A DNA stretch of 63,457 nucleotides, the filler included, from Atractiella rhizophila (lineage: Eukaryota), in the NCBI GenBank assembly GCA_021432655.1. It is 6 parts of 6 records of this genome, joined end to end, with 100 filler letters (N's around TTAATTAATTAA, not from the genome) between each part and the next. Parts side by side here need not be neighbours in the genome. Positions count along the whole stretch, not along the records: positions 46,783 to 60,234 come from MU271301.1; positions 60,335 to 62,160 come from MU271303.1; positions 62,261 to 63,457 come from MU271311.1; 3 more parts are not named here. One strand, 5' to 3'. Below are positions 51,239 through 63,457 of the stretch, one piece after another. Both the position numbers and the translations under genes were made by a program. The stretch's first letter is position 1. Each line of letters opens with the position of its first letter. Below the pieces are notes generated by a model. The model saw only the letters and a list, made by a program, of their open reading frames with translations. It had not been told where the DNA came from and did no database searches.

Positions 51239-54200
51239 ATGACTTCTATTCATCTCCCTCAATTTTCCCGACCGTCATCCCGCATTGGCGTCCCGAACCC
51301 GCCGCCAACAAGAGTATCTATCTTACGAATTTACGCGCCAGTCGGCTCAGAGGTCAGCGCTGGTGATGACCTGTGCGGCTACAATGCAAGGATTCCTGTT
51401 TACAGACGGAAAGGCGAGCAACTAAATGAGCTGGATGAGGATGGAAACAACAAAGTAGCAGAGGAGGATAGATGGGATTATTATACCGAGTTCGGGGTCA
51501 TCCATAGCCCTTCAAATGGGAAAATACTTGGTTGGGATGTTGAGGAGAAGGAAAACCTGGTGGGAGAGGAACAAATCCAGTGCGTCTGCCAATATCTCAC
51601 GACGCGTATAGGTGACTTCTTGCCAAGGAAGCGACTGGGTAGACTGGACAGCGCGTCTGATTGTATTCACCCTATCAAATTCAAAGGAATGTGCGGTGTT
51701 TGCGGTGCGGACTTGAAGTCAGTCATTTACATTTCCTTTGTAATTTCCTGATCATTGAGTAGTGAGCGATCTGGTTCGACAGACTTGCTTCCCTCATCAT
51801 CTGCGCAGTCCAAAGAGTTTTTTATGCTATCCGGCGCTGGCTCCCTCAACATCACTGTGAATTACGAGGTGTGCTGGCTGCCATGCACAGTGGGACCGCT
51901 GACATCTTTCAAAGGAAGCAGCCCGTCAGGCAAGACTCGACTCCCAAAGGTTGAAGAATGCGAAGAAACTTTTTCTAATCCTTGACCTCGATCAGACTGT
52001 CATACAGGCCGCTAATGAGCCTACTATTGGAGAATGGATGGAGGACCAAAACAACGTCAACTACCCTGCTCTGAGAGATGTAGCCGCATTTTATTTGCTC
52101 GAGCCGTTCCATCCTCAGACTGGAAAACGGTACTTGGCACGCTACTACGTGAAGCCAAGGTCCATTCTTTCACTACCTGCTCGTGGAAAAAGCTGACCTT
52201 CACAACATTAGACCTGCCCTGCAACACTTCTTAGAGTCCGTTGCGGAACTGTACGAGATACACGTCTATACCATGGGCGTTAGAGATTACGCTGAACAGG
52301 TCTGCAAAGCTATAGACCCGGATGGCCGGTTTTTCTCAGATCGGATTCTTACGCGAAGCGAATCTTTCGAAGGTGAAGGCTACAAGAAAACCATTCAACG
52401 GTTATTTCCCGCCAGTGATCACAGTATGATTGTTATTGTTGACGATCGTCTTGATGTGTGGAACTATTCTCCAAATATCGTTCCAGCGATTAGATGTGAG
52501 GTTTTCCTTCCATGGTAGAAAATTGTGGCTCATCAATGACAAAGATGAATTTTTTCCAGAAACTGGTGACATAAATTCTGTGCCGACTTCACCCACCAAG
52601 GCTGTCCCTTCTGCCTTGATGATGGATACTGCAGTGCCCGCCCGCTCAAGTGCAGAAGCTGGAATCAACGCGCCATCTTCTGTTCCTGATGCCGAACAAT
52701 CGTCTGGGACGGAAGAACAGTCAAACGCGGAAATAGGAGGACAACGTGATGGTACGAGGGACGTTATTCCTATGTACCCGTAACTGATTCTCTTAGTAGT
52801 TGCGACTCAGAGGAGGCAACAAGCCATCTCAGATCAATTCCACAAGCGGCCACTGGCACGAATGCAAGCTCGGAATAACCTCCGACATCTAAGAAAACTG
52901 TATAAAAAAGTCTCAATATCTTCAATCTCCTCTCGACCGCATTCTCGGTCATCCCTCCAGCATAGTGAGCCTCAGGAAGGCCTGAACCCGCCGGAAGAAG
53001 AAGATCATTCTGGACAAGTGACTTCATCGTCTGCTGCTTCATCCTCAAAGGTGACGCTAGATATGTTGGAGGCGGATCAAGATAGAATTGACGACAAGCA
53101 ACTCACTCGGGACGATATTAAGACTCAGATTGATGCTTTAGAGAGTGAATTAGGGGAGGAAGTCCCGGCCGCGGAAGACTTTACACCTGATTATGTGGAA
53201 TCTATTCTGTCAGAGAAACCCGAACCAGCGCTGAACTCGAAAGATGAAGAGCTACACCGGCTGCTGATCATCCTTCGTGACATTCACCGGTTGTATTATG
53301 AAACCAACAATGAATCGGTTCCCGTACAGGTATGCCGCTGATGATTTGTGGGATCGTCGCTGATTTTCAAACAGGAAATCATTGCTTCCATCCCTGCATT
53401 TAAACCACTAAGCGACTGTCACCTTGCCTTTTCGGGCAAATGGAAGGAGGGCCAGGAACATTGGTGATGCTCCACATCATACAATCATTAGCATTACCTT
53501 ACCATTGTACATTTTAGGCTTTGGAACAACGCAAAATGGTTTGGTGCCTCTTGTTACTCAAAATACGACTCCTCCGTGACACACGTCATTACTAACCTAC
53601 ATGGGCAGGTGAGCTGATCACGATAGCACTTGAGAGCGTCGTGTTTACTTGTGGAATCAGGTCATATCGGAGGATGTAAGACTTGCATTCAGGAAAGGGA
53701 AGACGATTGTCAACGAAAAATGGCTTGAAGAGTGTTTCAGGCGGCAAAAGCACGTCCCAGAGGCCGAGTACAGGGTTCGGCGCCTTGATGATTCGAAAGG
53801 GCCTTCAAAAGACCTCAACCATGAGGTACCGGACAACCAAACGATGGACGCGGACCCTCCTCCAACGTTTGAAGTGGATTGGTCTGCAATGTCTCAAGAG
53901 GTCATTTCGTCTGCTCACAAGTTGGCGTCTCTCATACTGGCGAGCAGGTGGACGATGCTATGAACGAATCCGAGGAAGACGGGGATGACGACGAGAACAT
54001 CATCTGGACGCCAGCCCCAGAAACCCATCGCAAGCGATCCTTGCTTTCAAGGGAACGGGATTCAGAAAGCGAAGGATCGGCGAGCCAGCAGAAGCAACAA
54101 CTTTCGACCCCGCTCCGTAAACGAAGAAGGATCCAAGAGGAGCGTGGCTCCTCAAGTCGAGGTGGCATGATTTCGCACGGCCAGGAAGACTCAGAACCTG

Positions 54201-54295
54201 AGGGTTATGATGCACAGTCAGGTCTCGAGTTCTCGGACTCTGAGTTTGAGGATGAATTTGCTGCTTTTGAAAAGGAACTTGAGGCTGAAACATGA
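51239..54295 (+). CDS. FCP1: RNA polymerase II CTD phosphatase Fcp1
   Basis: CIHPIKFKGMCGVCGADL; LILDLDQTVIQA (DxDxT); YYVKP|RP.L..FL; YTMGVRDYA...DPDGRFFSDRILTRSE; IVDDRLDVW; C-terminal BRCT (THVI, IVNEKWLEEC); acidic tail. Confidence 0.93.
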
Positions 54296-54515
54296 CCATT
54301 ACCTATTTCTTAAGTTGGTAACCGTCAATCAACTGCACAGCTCCTTTTCTGCAAGAAAAGAGCTCGCCAGCCCTGACTAGCAGATTTGACCATAGTTGGC
54401 GCGCGTTTATGTTTATAGCGACAGGAAGCATAAAGTACAATCTAATACATTCGCAATGCGTAAAAAGGCAGTCTCAAGAACAAGCTGTTGAACAAAGTCA
54501 CCGTGAAAAAAAAAA

Positions 54516-56046
54516 TCATGACTGGAACGAAAAAACAATATCATCCTTCAAGGAATCTTCCAATGCCTTACGTGCCTGTCTCCCAAAAGGGATCAGTCTC
54601 AGAACAATGGAAGGAACGATGCAACTGTACCATTTCTTGACACTGCGATAACCGAGTCAGCTGTTGTTTAATGAAAAGTCAAGAAACCTACCTGAGCTTT
54701 GGCTTTCAATTCACTACACAACTGATCCACATCAAAATTAAAACCGGCATCCTTGCCTCCTAAGGCTTGAGCTTGAGTCAGAATCGCACATACGCCGTTG
54801 TGGTTCAAGGGCGATTTTTCGGGATCGAGGATGCTCGAGCTCGATGGGGTCTCCGCCAACTTGTTCACTGACGGCGACTTACCACTGGCAGAGGGAGTAT
54901 TGTTAGATGAAGATTTTAGAAAGTCAAAGTTGTTATTATTGCCAGCGAAGAAAAGGTCTGGGAAGTCGTTAAGGGTAGAACCCGAAAAGGATGCCAGATC
55001 ATTAGAAGATTCTCTCCAGCCATTCGTCTCGTTAGCTCCGCCGAAAGGAATGTTGAAGATGTTATTGAATGTGGTGGTTGACGAAGGGGTAGCGACAGGA
55101 GCGGTAGATGGAGAACTAGAGGTGGATGAACCGAAGCTAGCAAAAATGTCTGCTGCCGACTTTGCGCTGGTCATCGAAGGCCCAGCTGACGTGCCGAACA
55201 GTGATGCACTTTGGCTTTGCGGCGTCGGAACACTCAAACTAGCCAGTGTCGTATTCTCCCCCGATTTTTGAAGACCTGTGAAAATATTGCTAGGAGAACT
55301 AGCGCCGAACGATGGAGTGTTCGGCACCGCACTGGAACTGGTCGAGTTTTGAAAATTGAATGTGAAGGCGGCTTCGTACACCTTCAACCGTTCGTTCTCT
55401 TTTTGCAAGTGCGACACGAGCTCCTTGAGATTCGAGTTCTCGCTGGCTTGATCTGTCGACTTCTTCTCCAACTGTTGAACTTGATCCTCCAATTCCTAAA
55501 CCACCAATCTGCGCTTAGCCAGCGCGCGAAACTAGAAGCGTACCTTGAGGTGTTTTTCTTTTCTTTCCCTGAAGGCTCTCTGTGCATTTCTGTTCTGCAG
55601 CTTCCTCCTGTCACTCGTCTTCGCCTTCCCTTTCCCCTGCTTGTCTTGCTCTTCATCCTCATCTGGTTCGTTGTGTGTATGCGTCTCGGCGCTCCCACTA
55701 GACTTCCTCCTATCCTTGAGACTGCCTACGTCTCTTGCTTCAGGTTTTCTCTTGTCGCCCGCCTTTTGGTTATTGTTAGTGGCCGTGGCAACTGAACTGG
55801 CTTCCTTGGAATTTTCAACACTGGATGCTGGGGACGAGGAGTCTGAACTCGAAGACACAGACGGTGCACCATTATTCAGTGTCGGTATAGGGACTTTTCC
55901 TGGGGGATGGGCAGCCAAAAAGCGCTCTAAGAGTAGTCGCTCAGCGCCAGAAAAGGATGATCGAATAAGTTCTCACCAAGTTCAGCCAAGTAATTCTGCC
56001 CTCCGTCGACACCGGCGAAGAGATTGCTTGCAAAATCGAAAGACAT
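54516..56046 (-). CDS. YAP1: AP-1-like bZIP oxidative-stress transcription factor (Yap1/Pap1)
   Basis: RRKLQNRNAQRAFRERKEKHLK|ELEDQVQQLE...ENSNLKELVSHLQKENERLK; C-terminal CRD DVDQLCSELKAKAQ|C. ATG 56046 (MSFDFASNLF). Confidence 0.9.
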
Positions 56047-56200
56047 CGTGCGTTCGGGGAGTGGGGAAGGTGGTCGTTTGGGAGAGCGCGACCGAAGGTG
56101 TAATGGAGCCGCTCACTAAGCATCCAGAACAGTCGCGAGGCTAGGACAAAGTTGGCCATCCAACGAGTCACGCAAGGAAGAAGACGAAACAACTTTCAGC

Positions 56201-57155
56201 ATGGACTCAGACAGGGAGCTCTCGCGGCTGTGGAGGTGTAACAAGACAGTGCGAGAGATGGTCAGGGATAGGGTCCGTCTGGTTTTATTCTCAGGTGGCG
56301 TCGCGTTGAGGCAGCCATGCGAAGGGCTACCAAATGTCAGAGGAGGAAATCACAATAGACCTTGATGCGTTTCGAGCTCAGCACGCCTCTACTGGCAACA
56401 TCGAGTGAGTCTTGTGTCAACCTCCCTGTCTTTCACTGATTAAGTTGCAGCCGCTCGACCTTAAATTTTTTCGCCAGGATTGAGGAACCAGAGAAGGAAG
56501 ACTATGGGGAACAGATTTATGTCTTCTTCGCCGAGGACCGCTCCGTTGGAATAAAAACTATGAGAAGGTTCTCCTCCATCCTGCTTCGCATGCACCGTCG
56601 AAGTCTCAATCGCCTTTGTTCTCCCCATTAGGCTCCTGCTCATTCTTGAAGAGAAGAACATAAAGCGTGGTCTCCTCATTTATCCAGACAAAATGACATC
56701 ATCTGCTAACAAAGTAGGTTGAGTTGGGACTCTGGATTGTTGGTGCAGCTTAATTTGAGAACAGATTATCAATTCCGTCCTCGACTTTCAAGTGGAGGCT
56801 TTCCAGGAGGCAGAACTGCTCGTGAATATTACACACCATATCCTAGTACCAGAACATCGCGTCCTATCGAAGGAGGAGAAGGTTCAGCTCTTAAAGAAAT
56901 AGCAAGTTGCCACCAGTAGCCCTATGAAGTGTCACAAGCCCTAACTCAGGTTGGTACAACAGTAAACTGCGGGACACCCAACTCCCTCGAATTCAGCTGA
57001 ACGATCCAGTTGCCCGATACTATGGCCTGAAGCGCGGTCAAGTCGTGAAGATAACTCGACCATCTGAAACGGCAGGTCGATATTCCTCTTGCAAGCACTT
57101 CTTTTCTTCCCTCTTGATCAAAAGCTAACCCAGTCCAGATCGATTGTGCGTCTGA
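56201..57155 (+). CDS. RPB5: RNA polymerase I/II/III common subunit RPB5 (multi-exon, two GC-AG introns)
   Basis: [26 protein letters not shown]...VGIKTMR...[15 protein letters not shown]...[41 protein letters not shown]. Confidence 0.96.
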
Positions 57156-57298
57156 GTTTTTAGCTCAGCATTCAGGAATGCTCTGCCACTCTGTACATAA
57201 TCTGTAGAGGTACAATGCATCATAATGTTTACACAAGGAATCGTCGACAAATTAAAAGCCAAATGCTTCCCAAAAACTCTACACTTCTGCCAAGTTCT

Positions 57299-58937
57299 TC
57301 ACTCGAGAGAGGAAAAAATGAACTTCTCTAGAGTTGAAAGCTGCTCTTCGGGAGATGATTTGGGTAACCTAGAAATCAAAGTCAGTTTGCTCACCAGGCG
57401 ACTAGAAGGCACATACTCGACCCTGACGTGGTATTCCTCGCCCCTTAGTTCGAAGAACCTTGGCGTGAATTTTTCCCCCCGCGCCTCCCGAGCTTTAGCC
57501 TCCTCTCTTTGTCTATCTTCAATAACTGTTTTCTCTTCCGTTGCAGCATTCATGTCTTTTTTCTTAATGGCTTCTGTCACTTTACTCCACAATCTGTAAT
57601 ACCGTCGTAAGAAAACATCAAAGGCAAAAAGCGAAACCAACCGTCTGGACTCCAGCGGCTCTTGTTCAGACTCGGGCGTAACCGTTTTCTCCGTGATGAC
57701 GGCGCTGTGGGCGTCGAAGAGTACTTGCTTAGCCTACTTCCGCAAATCAGTTATAGGTTATTGAGCAATTGCTTCTCACCTTTCCCCTTGTGATCTCTAT
57801 TTGGTCACTCCACTTCCCTGAGACTTCTCCAATTTCAGATCCATATCTATTCTTAATCTTGCCAGCGATGGCATTGTACGTCCCAGAAAAAAAACCCTGG
57901 AGGTCACTAGGTAAGATAGCACAACTTCATTGACTGTCTCTTACTTTAGTCTTGAACTCCACCATACAGTTCATGCCATTAGGATTCCGAATCTCACTTT
58001 GGTCCCCCAATTCAAGAACCATCTGTTGACGTAGAGTTAGCCATAGCATCAACACCGTTACGCCCACCTTTCCGAAGAGCAAACCGCGAGCATACCTGTC
58101 CACCAGTAAGTTAGTCCACTGCCTGCCCCCGTTAATGACTTACATGTTAGGCATCGATATGACATATTCTTTGTCTTCAGGGCGGCCCAAAAAGACGGCT
58201 TCACATAAAAGTTACTACGCTGGAGACCAAGATATATGGCAAAAGTACCTTTGCTCGTGCCACCTAGCAGGGTTGCTGCTGAATTTCCAAGGAAACGTGA
58301 GGTGGGGCGCAGTTCGCCATACAGGTAAATGGAATGTTTGGGAACAAAGTAGGCAAAGCATGAAATAGGGGGATGATGTCTGTTGAACACAATGTAGGAC
58401 GCTGTGGAGCGAGAGAGAACACGTACGAGACCTGCTCGGCGACATACAGCCCAACAGACCCATCCTGATAGTTATACCGGCACCGAAAGATCTCCCCCAG
58501 GACTGGATTGTACCTGTCGTCCCATGTTAGGATCGTCGCAACATTCATCCCATAATCCAACTGATGCACCCATTGAGAGACTCACGGTTTTTTAACGCCA
58601 GCTGGCTTGATGTGCCAACCCGCAAGATAATATCTCATAACGGCAATGAACCTCTCCTCCTCACTCTCATTTGCATCCGCCCTTAACTCAGAATCAATCT
58701 ACCAGTTTACCGATGGGAAAGAAGAGCAGCGCACCCGAAGAGTAAATCGGAATGCGTGAGGAAGTCTGTGATTCGCTCTAGCATGCTTCGTGGCTCCAAT
58801 ACAAAAGTCGGTAGAGTGACTTTGTGGAGGTCCATTCCAATTCTAAGCTGAGAGATGAGGGATAAAAGAATGCTCTTGGGTTCATCGTCGAGGACCTCTG
58901 TGTCGTTCTGCAGCTCCTGGTCAATTGAAGTAGGCAT
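57299..58937 (-). CDS. Oxysterol-binding protein homolog, short ORD-only type (Osh6/Osh7-like)
   Basis: SILLSLISQLRIGMDLHKVTLPTFVLEPRSMLERI; GVKKP|YNPVLGE; AEQVS|HHPPIS; SRFLGNS; ATEEKTVIEDRQREEAK...FTPRFF. Confidence 0.92.
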
Positions 58938-59213
58938 GATGGAAGTAACGCACAGGATCGGATCCCTCAGGAGCCTTCTCCTTCGAAGATGTTGTCCCTA
59001 TACCGAGTATGCTAGGCATCTTTATTATCAATCGTCAGCTCGTCGGCGATGTCGTTCACGGGGTTGGTACAGGAGCCAGGCAGCGCAAGTTTGGAGTATA
59101 GATGGCTCGTTCAGTGAGTCATCGCAACGACAACCAAACAAAGTTGGAAGCCGATCATCCTGATGAGCAGTAACATAACAGACAACTGAGCTCGTGACCG
59201 GACTACTCAGGCC

Positions 59214-60234
59214 ATGGACGTGCGCGCCCTCGAAAATCTTGTGGAGAACGGACAGGGGGACAATAATAAATCTTTAAATGTTGAGGACGCTATTGCTTAC
59301 CTGGCTCGGGTGCAAGAAGCTTTCCATGGGAAAACGGAGGTGTATAATCGCTTTTTAGATATTATGAAAGAGTATAAGGGTGATCTGTGAGTACCTTTCC
59401 TCTAACAATCAAAAAGACATGATGAGTGGTGTCACAAGGATCGACACTGCAGAAGTTATTGAACGGGCACTCGCGTTATTCTCTGGGAATGCCCATCTCG
59501 TGCAAGGATTCAACACCTTTCTCCCTCCAGGGTGGTCTATTGATCTGCCGTCGATTCCTGCATCTACTCCTGCCGACTTGAACGTTCTTAATTTCAAAGT
59601 GTCAACTCCTTATGGGATGGTGAACGTGGACCAAGGCGTACGAGAAAGAGGACTATTGAATACTATCAGAGGCCTTGAGAGGCGGGCCAAGTTTGAGAGA
59701 GAAAGCTCGACTGTCGCCCATCCTCACGGTCATCACCATCACCACCACCACCACCACAGGCCATCAAGCGCGGCTGCTGTGGGGCAATCGACAATTGCAA
59801 GACCTGCTTCAGCTGCATCTATGCCTCAGGGACACTATGAAGGTGAGTTTGACTAGCGAAAAGCAATTCTGACGCTTTGCTAAGCATCACCACGTTTTCG
59901 ACTTCTCGAGGATCCAACCAGGCGGCCACAGTCATCAATCTCTCAAATTGCAACACCTGCAGCTGCAACAGTCCTGACTCATGGATTTTTTCCTCCGGGG
60001 CATGTTGCAGCAAGTCAGGCCCTTGGACAGGGTGGAAAAAAGGTTGAATTCAATCACGCGATTTCATACGTTGGCAAGATCAAGGCACGGTATGTCATGC
60101 GTTTAATTCACCTCTGTGCATCTTGACAAGGAGACTTAGGTTTGCACAAGATCCTCAGACCTATCAATCGTTTTTGAATATCCTGCAGACGTACCAGAAA
60201 GAGAACAAGCTTATAACAGAGGTCAGTTCCTATC
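59214..60234 (+). CDS. SIN3: Sin3-like corepressor, 5' part (PAH1 and start of PAH2)
   Basis: LNVEDAIAYL...VYNRFLDIMKEYK...IDTAEVIER...LVQGFNTFLPPG (PAH1); VEFNHAISYVGKIKAR|FAQDPQTYQSFLNILQTYQK (PAH2). Truncated by linker. Confidence 0.88.
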
Positions 60235-60334
60235 NNNNNNNNNNNNNNNNNNNNNNNNNNNNNNNNNNNNNNNNNNNNTTAATTAATTAANNNNNNNNNN
60301 NNNNNNNNNNNNNNNNNNNNNNNNNNNNNNNNNN
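60235..60334. other. Artificial contig linker
   Basis: N44-TTAATTAATTAA-N44. Confidence 0.98.
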
Positions 60335-61388
60335 AGACTCTTCCCCTTCCTCCTCCTTACCGTCCCCGCACCCGCTGAGGTTCCAGGAACAGGCAAATCA
60401 ATAGCGTCGTCTTCGAAAACCGGCACAGAATGCACTTCTACATCCGCACGAGAAGGATTGACTAGGTAGAGGGAGGAGTCGAGTGCAGAGCGGAGGAGGG
60501 AGGTGCAATGTGGTCTGAGATGTGCGAGGAACTCAGAGATCGGAGAATGGGGTTTTGCGAATGGTGACGAGCTCGAGGGACCCGATGAGGATATGGGGAT
60601 CCGACTGTCTTTGGTTCCACCGGGAGTATTGGCCGTTGTTGTGGACGCTGGTCGATCGTCATGAAAGTATAAAGTTGGGAGCTCGCGTTGAGAGGAGGTG
60701 GCGGAGGGAGAAGGAGGATAGGAGTAGATGTTGCATGATGCGAACCAACTTGAGAGAGTCGGCGGGCGTAGTTGAATCGAATATACCTGAGAAAGAGGCA
60801 GGGAAAAGGCAGGTGAATTGGGACTTGAGGATGGTGGGAGGGAGACCAGGATCGAGTTGCTGTCGATGGTCTCGGATGTAGAGAGTGTGCCAGACTGAGA
60901 AAGATCGACTGATACGTAGGTTTTGTGGTCGGATGATTGGGAAAGGAGCGATGACGGTATCCAGGATAGGAGGATGGATTCCGTCGTTCCTTCTTTCGCA
61001 TCTCCCTTCAAGAAACAATCAAACACCATCCTATTTTTGCATGCCACATTGCGGAAGCAGAGAGACTCACACGTTGCACGATAGCCAACCAACCCTCGAC
61101 GTTGTCCTTTAGATATGACGTTGGATGAACAAACACAGCACTCTTCGCATACAAGAGCTTGCACGTCTCTTTCGGTACATTCTCGCTCTCACTCCTCTTT
61201 ACCTTCCCACTGATTTCTCCTGGTCCACCAGCTCCTTCTCCTTCGCCGAGATTAATGTGTTCGTAAGTCTTAGAGAGAAGCGGAGAGTCTGAGGGAGAGA
61301 TGGAACGACCCTTTGTGCCCCTCCGAGCTAAACTGGGCGGAGTGGAACTCGAACTCTGATTTGAAGGAAAGCCAGTCGTTTGCTGCAT
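60335..61388 (-). CDS. GYP7: Rab GTPase-activating protein Gyp7 (TBC1D15/17 family), N-terminal part
   Basis: KLLYAKSAVFVHPTSYLKDNVEGWLAIVQ...LLSWIP...AFSLPLSQVYSIQLRPPTLSSWF...LPTLYFHDD...YLVNPS. Confidence 0.85.
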
Positions 61389-62160
61389 CACCGACGGTCA
61401 GAGCTCTTCTTGTTACGTGTTAAGCGGCCAAGGGAAAGGACGCACTGAACACTCATTCGATGGTCTGCCGTCTACTTTCAAGTAATCGTTCTCGCTGTCA
61501 GAATCCATTTTGCCTCCTCCCATTTCTTGTTCTGCCAGAGTCTTGTATATCTTCGTATCTTCCTCTTCCCCTTGTTAAAAGGCAACCGACTTATATCCCT
61601 CGCTCGTGGCAAGGCTGTCGGTCGTTTCGATCCGCGAGTCAGTCTCGCTCTCCTGCGCAATCTTGGATGCGCTCGCAACAAAACGACCACGATCGAAGGG
61701 AGTTCATGCCGCGAGATTACGATGGAGATAATTAGTGCGAAGATATTGACGTTACTGTAGTGCTAGTAGATAATGGGATGCTGAACTGGGTGCGTTATCA
61801 TTGGCATTCAATATTCAACGTTCAGCTCGAGAAAGCTGTACAAAGCTGGTTGTACTTTCATGCAGGAAGATGCTGCACATGGGGTAGTGATGGATGGAAG
61901 CATCTTCAAGTACTGTACACTAGTCGTTGAGAATTTGTAGGGCGGAAGTGAATGACTTCTACTTGCTTACTCGCGGTTTTGCTTGCTATGGGACCTATCA
62001 GATTCAGGAATCGATGTAACTTCGGAGCATCCATTCAACCTGTCAACGTGGTTCTGTAGTGATCATAACCCCTTCCGTTTCTGGATTCCGAGTAGGAGGG
62101 CTTACAATAAATTTTGTGATCGCATGGACTTCTTATGTCGCCTGACTGAAAGACAAACAA

Positions 62161-62260
62161 NNNNNNNNNNNNNNNNNNNNNNNNNNNNNNNNNNNNNNNN
62201 NNNNTTAATTAATTAANNNNNNNNNNNNNNNNNNNNNNNNNNNNNNNNNNNNNNNNNNNN
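62161..62260. other. Artificial contig linker
   Basis: N44-TTAATTAATTAA-N44. Confidence 0.98.
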
Positions 62261-63457
62261 GGTCATTATCTTGGAATCGTTGAAAAGACAGAGCTGAGAA
62301 CATACAGGGTGCTCCGTAAGACAACGAGCAATTGCTAAGAGAGATGATACGAGCGGTCCTTCGATTCCGATAGGCGTGACGTAAGTTTGCAGATTCGGAG
62401 TGAAGCGGAAAGGCACCGGCTCATCATTACTGATAACTGGCCGTTCACGTCCAGGTTCATCTTGAGGACCAGGCATGTCTAAGAGCCAGCGGAAGTCAGT
62501 GAGGCTCTCGCTGAAGGCAGAGAACGCACTGGGCAGCACATCAGTTGCAAAGAAGCTGCCTTTAGATCGCGACAGCATGATACGAGAAGGATTGCGCTTC
62601 GCGACCTGCAGAACGTAACTGATAAACATGAAGCCCGCCATATGCAACGTGATTTGTTTTCGGAGATACCAATACGATGTCTGATTTGGCATGGTTCGCT
62701 CCAAATACTACATCCAAAGTAAGCGTGGCTCTAGACAAATCATTGAGAGCATACCCTCTTGAGGATAGTGTCTGGACACAGCTTCGCGGCGATTTCGTCC
62801 GCAATCTCCATCTTTGCCATTTTGTCATCGAACTCCTTTTTCAGTCTTTAGCATATATTTGCTGTAAAGAACTAGCACGGCTCACCTCTCCAGCTTTAAC
62901 AGCAGACAACTGTCGCAGCCTCTCTGTTTGAAGTGTGATGGGATCGAAAGGTTCCATCCGGCGCTCCTTGCAGTAATGATCCCAAACATCTTGCAAACTC
63001 ACGATGGAAGCGTCATCCTCAAACAAGCGTAACCGCGTCGATAGAGGCAAGGCGATAGGAATATGAAATTTAAGACTACGTTTCCTCGTTTCTATTCGAC
63101 TTTCAAGGATCCTGTGGATCGCAGTCAGTAGCGTCCTTCGTGCTATTAAACAAACGAACGAATTCATCATGCGTAAGAATTGCATGATCTTCTCCTCTTT
63201 TCGAGCACTTTGAGGTTTGGATGGCTGTTGAATTGTAAGACCTTGAGGCGGACCAGTATTAGAGATGGCAAAATAATGCGATGATCCATCATGCCCTATC
63301 ATCCCCAATCTTTTGTAGATTGTTGCGGACTTCTGGCAGACATCGAACTTCGGAGCGAAGTGACTGATCCGAACGAAGTTTTGGTTGCTGTCCTCGTGCT
63401 AGGAATCGTCACTTTAAGTGCCTTCAGGTACAGCAGATCACATACCTTCAGATATTG
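62261..63457 (-). CDS. TRA1: Tra1/TRRAP, internal fragment of the C-terminal PIKK pseudokinase region
   Basis: NIE|VP...HEDSNQNFVRISHFAPKF; GHDGS.HYFA; RKEEKIMQF; ETRKRSLKFHIP; YLRKQIT.HMA...YV; NDEPVPFRFTPNLQ...GIEG; no catalytic DRH motif. Confidence 0.9.

Noticed and set aside
51239..60234. FCP1-YAP1-RPB5-SIN3 as a functional transcription cluster or MAT locus
   Set aside because: No pheromone, receptor or homeodomain genes; co-location of housekeeping genes is expected by chance in a gene-dense genome.

Overview
Eukaryotic, intron-rich fungal DNA (basidiomycete-like gene set, short ~45-80 nt GT/GC-AG introns). The window is not one continuous molecule. Six assembly pieces are joined by artificial 100-nt linkers (N44-TTAATTAATTAA-N44), and there is one 512-N gap. 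About 27 protein-coding genes or fragments can be built by hand-splicing. Housekeeping genes: YIP4-like, NDUFS5, WDR44-like, SPC2, fRMsr, PFA4, YPT1, EMI1, FCP1, YAP1, RPB5, OSH6/7-like, SIN3, GYP7 and TRA1. Others: two Zn2Cys6 transcription factors, a membrane-anchored spherulin/germin-like cupin, a WW Gly/His-rich protein, a ferric reductase-like protein, two ABCC transporters, an S9 peptidase and a MAPEG glutathione transferase. The most unusual items are three. (1) A secreted protein built from ~26 disulfide-loop modules, 16 of them C-x15-C 'VNALG' repeats, on a contig with an S9 peptidase, MGST3 and two ABCC paralogs. (2) A 1.29-kb insertion with an exact 60-bp flanking duplication that splits an orphan gene. 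(3) Two tandem near-duplications that are probably haplotype assembly artefacts but differ greatly in divergence. No rRNA, tRNA, CRISPR or recognisable transposase was found. Gene names come from remembered family motifs, not database searches.
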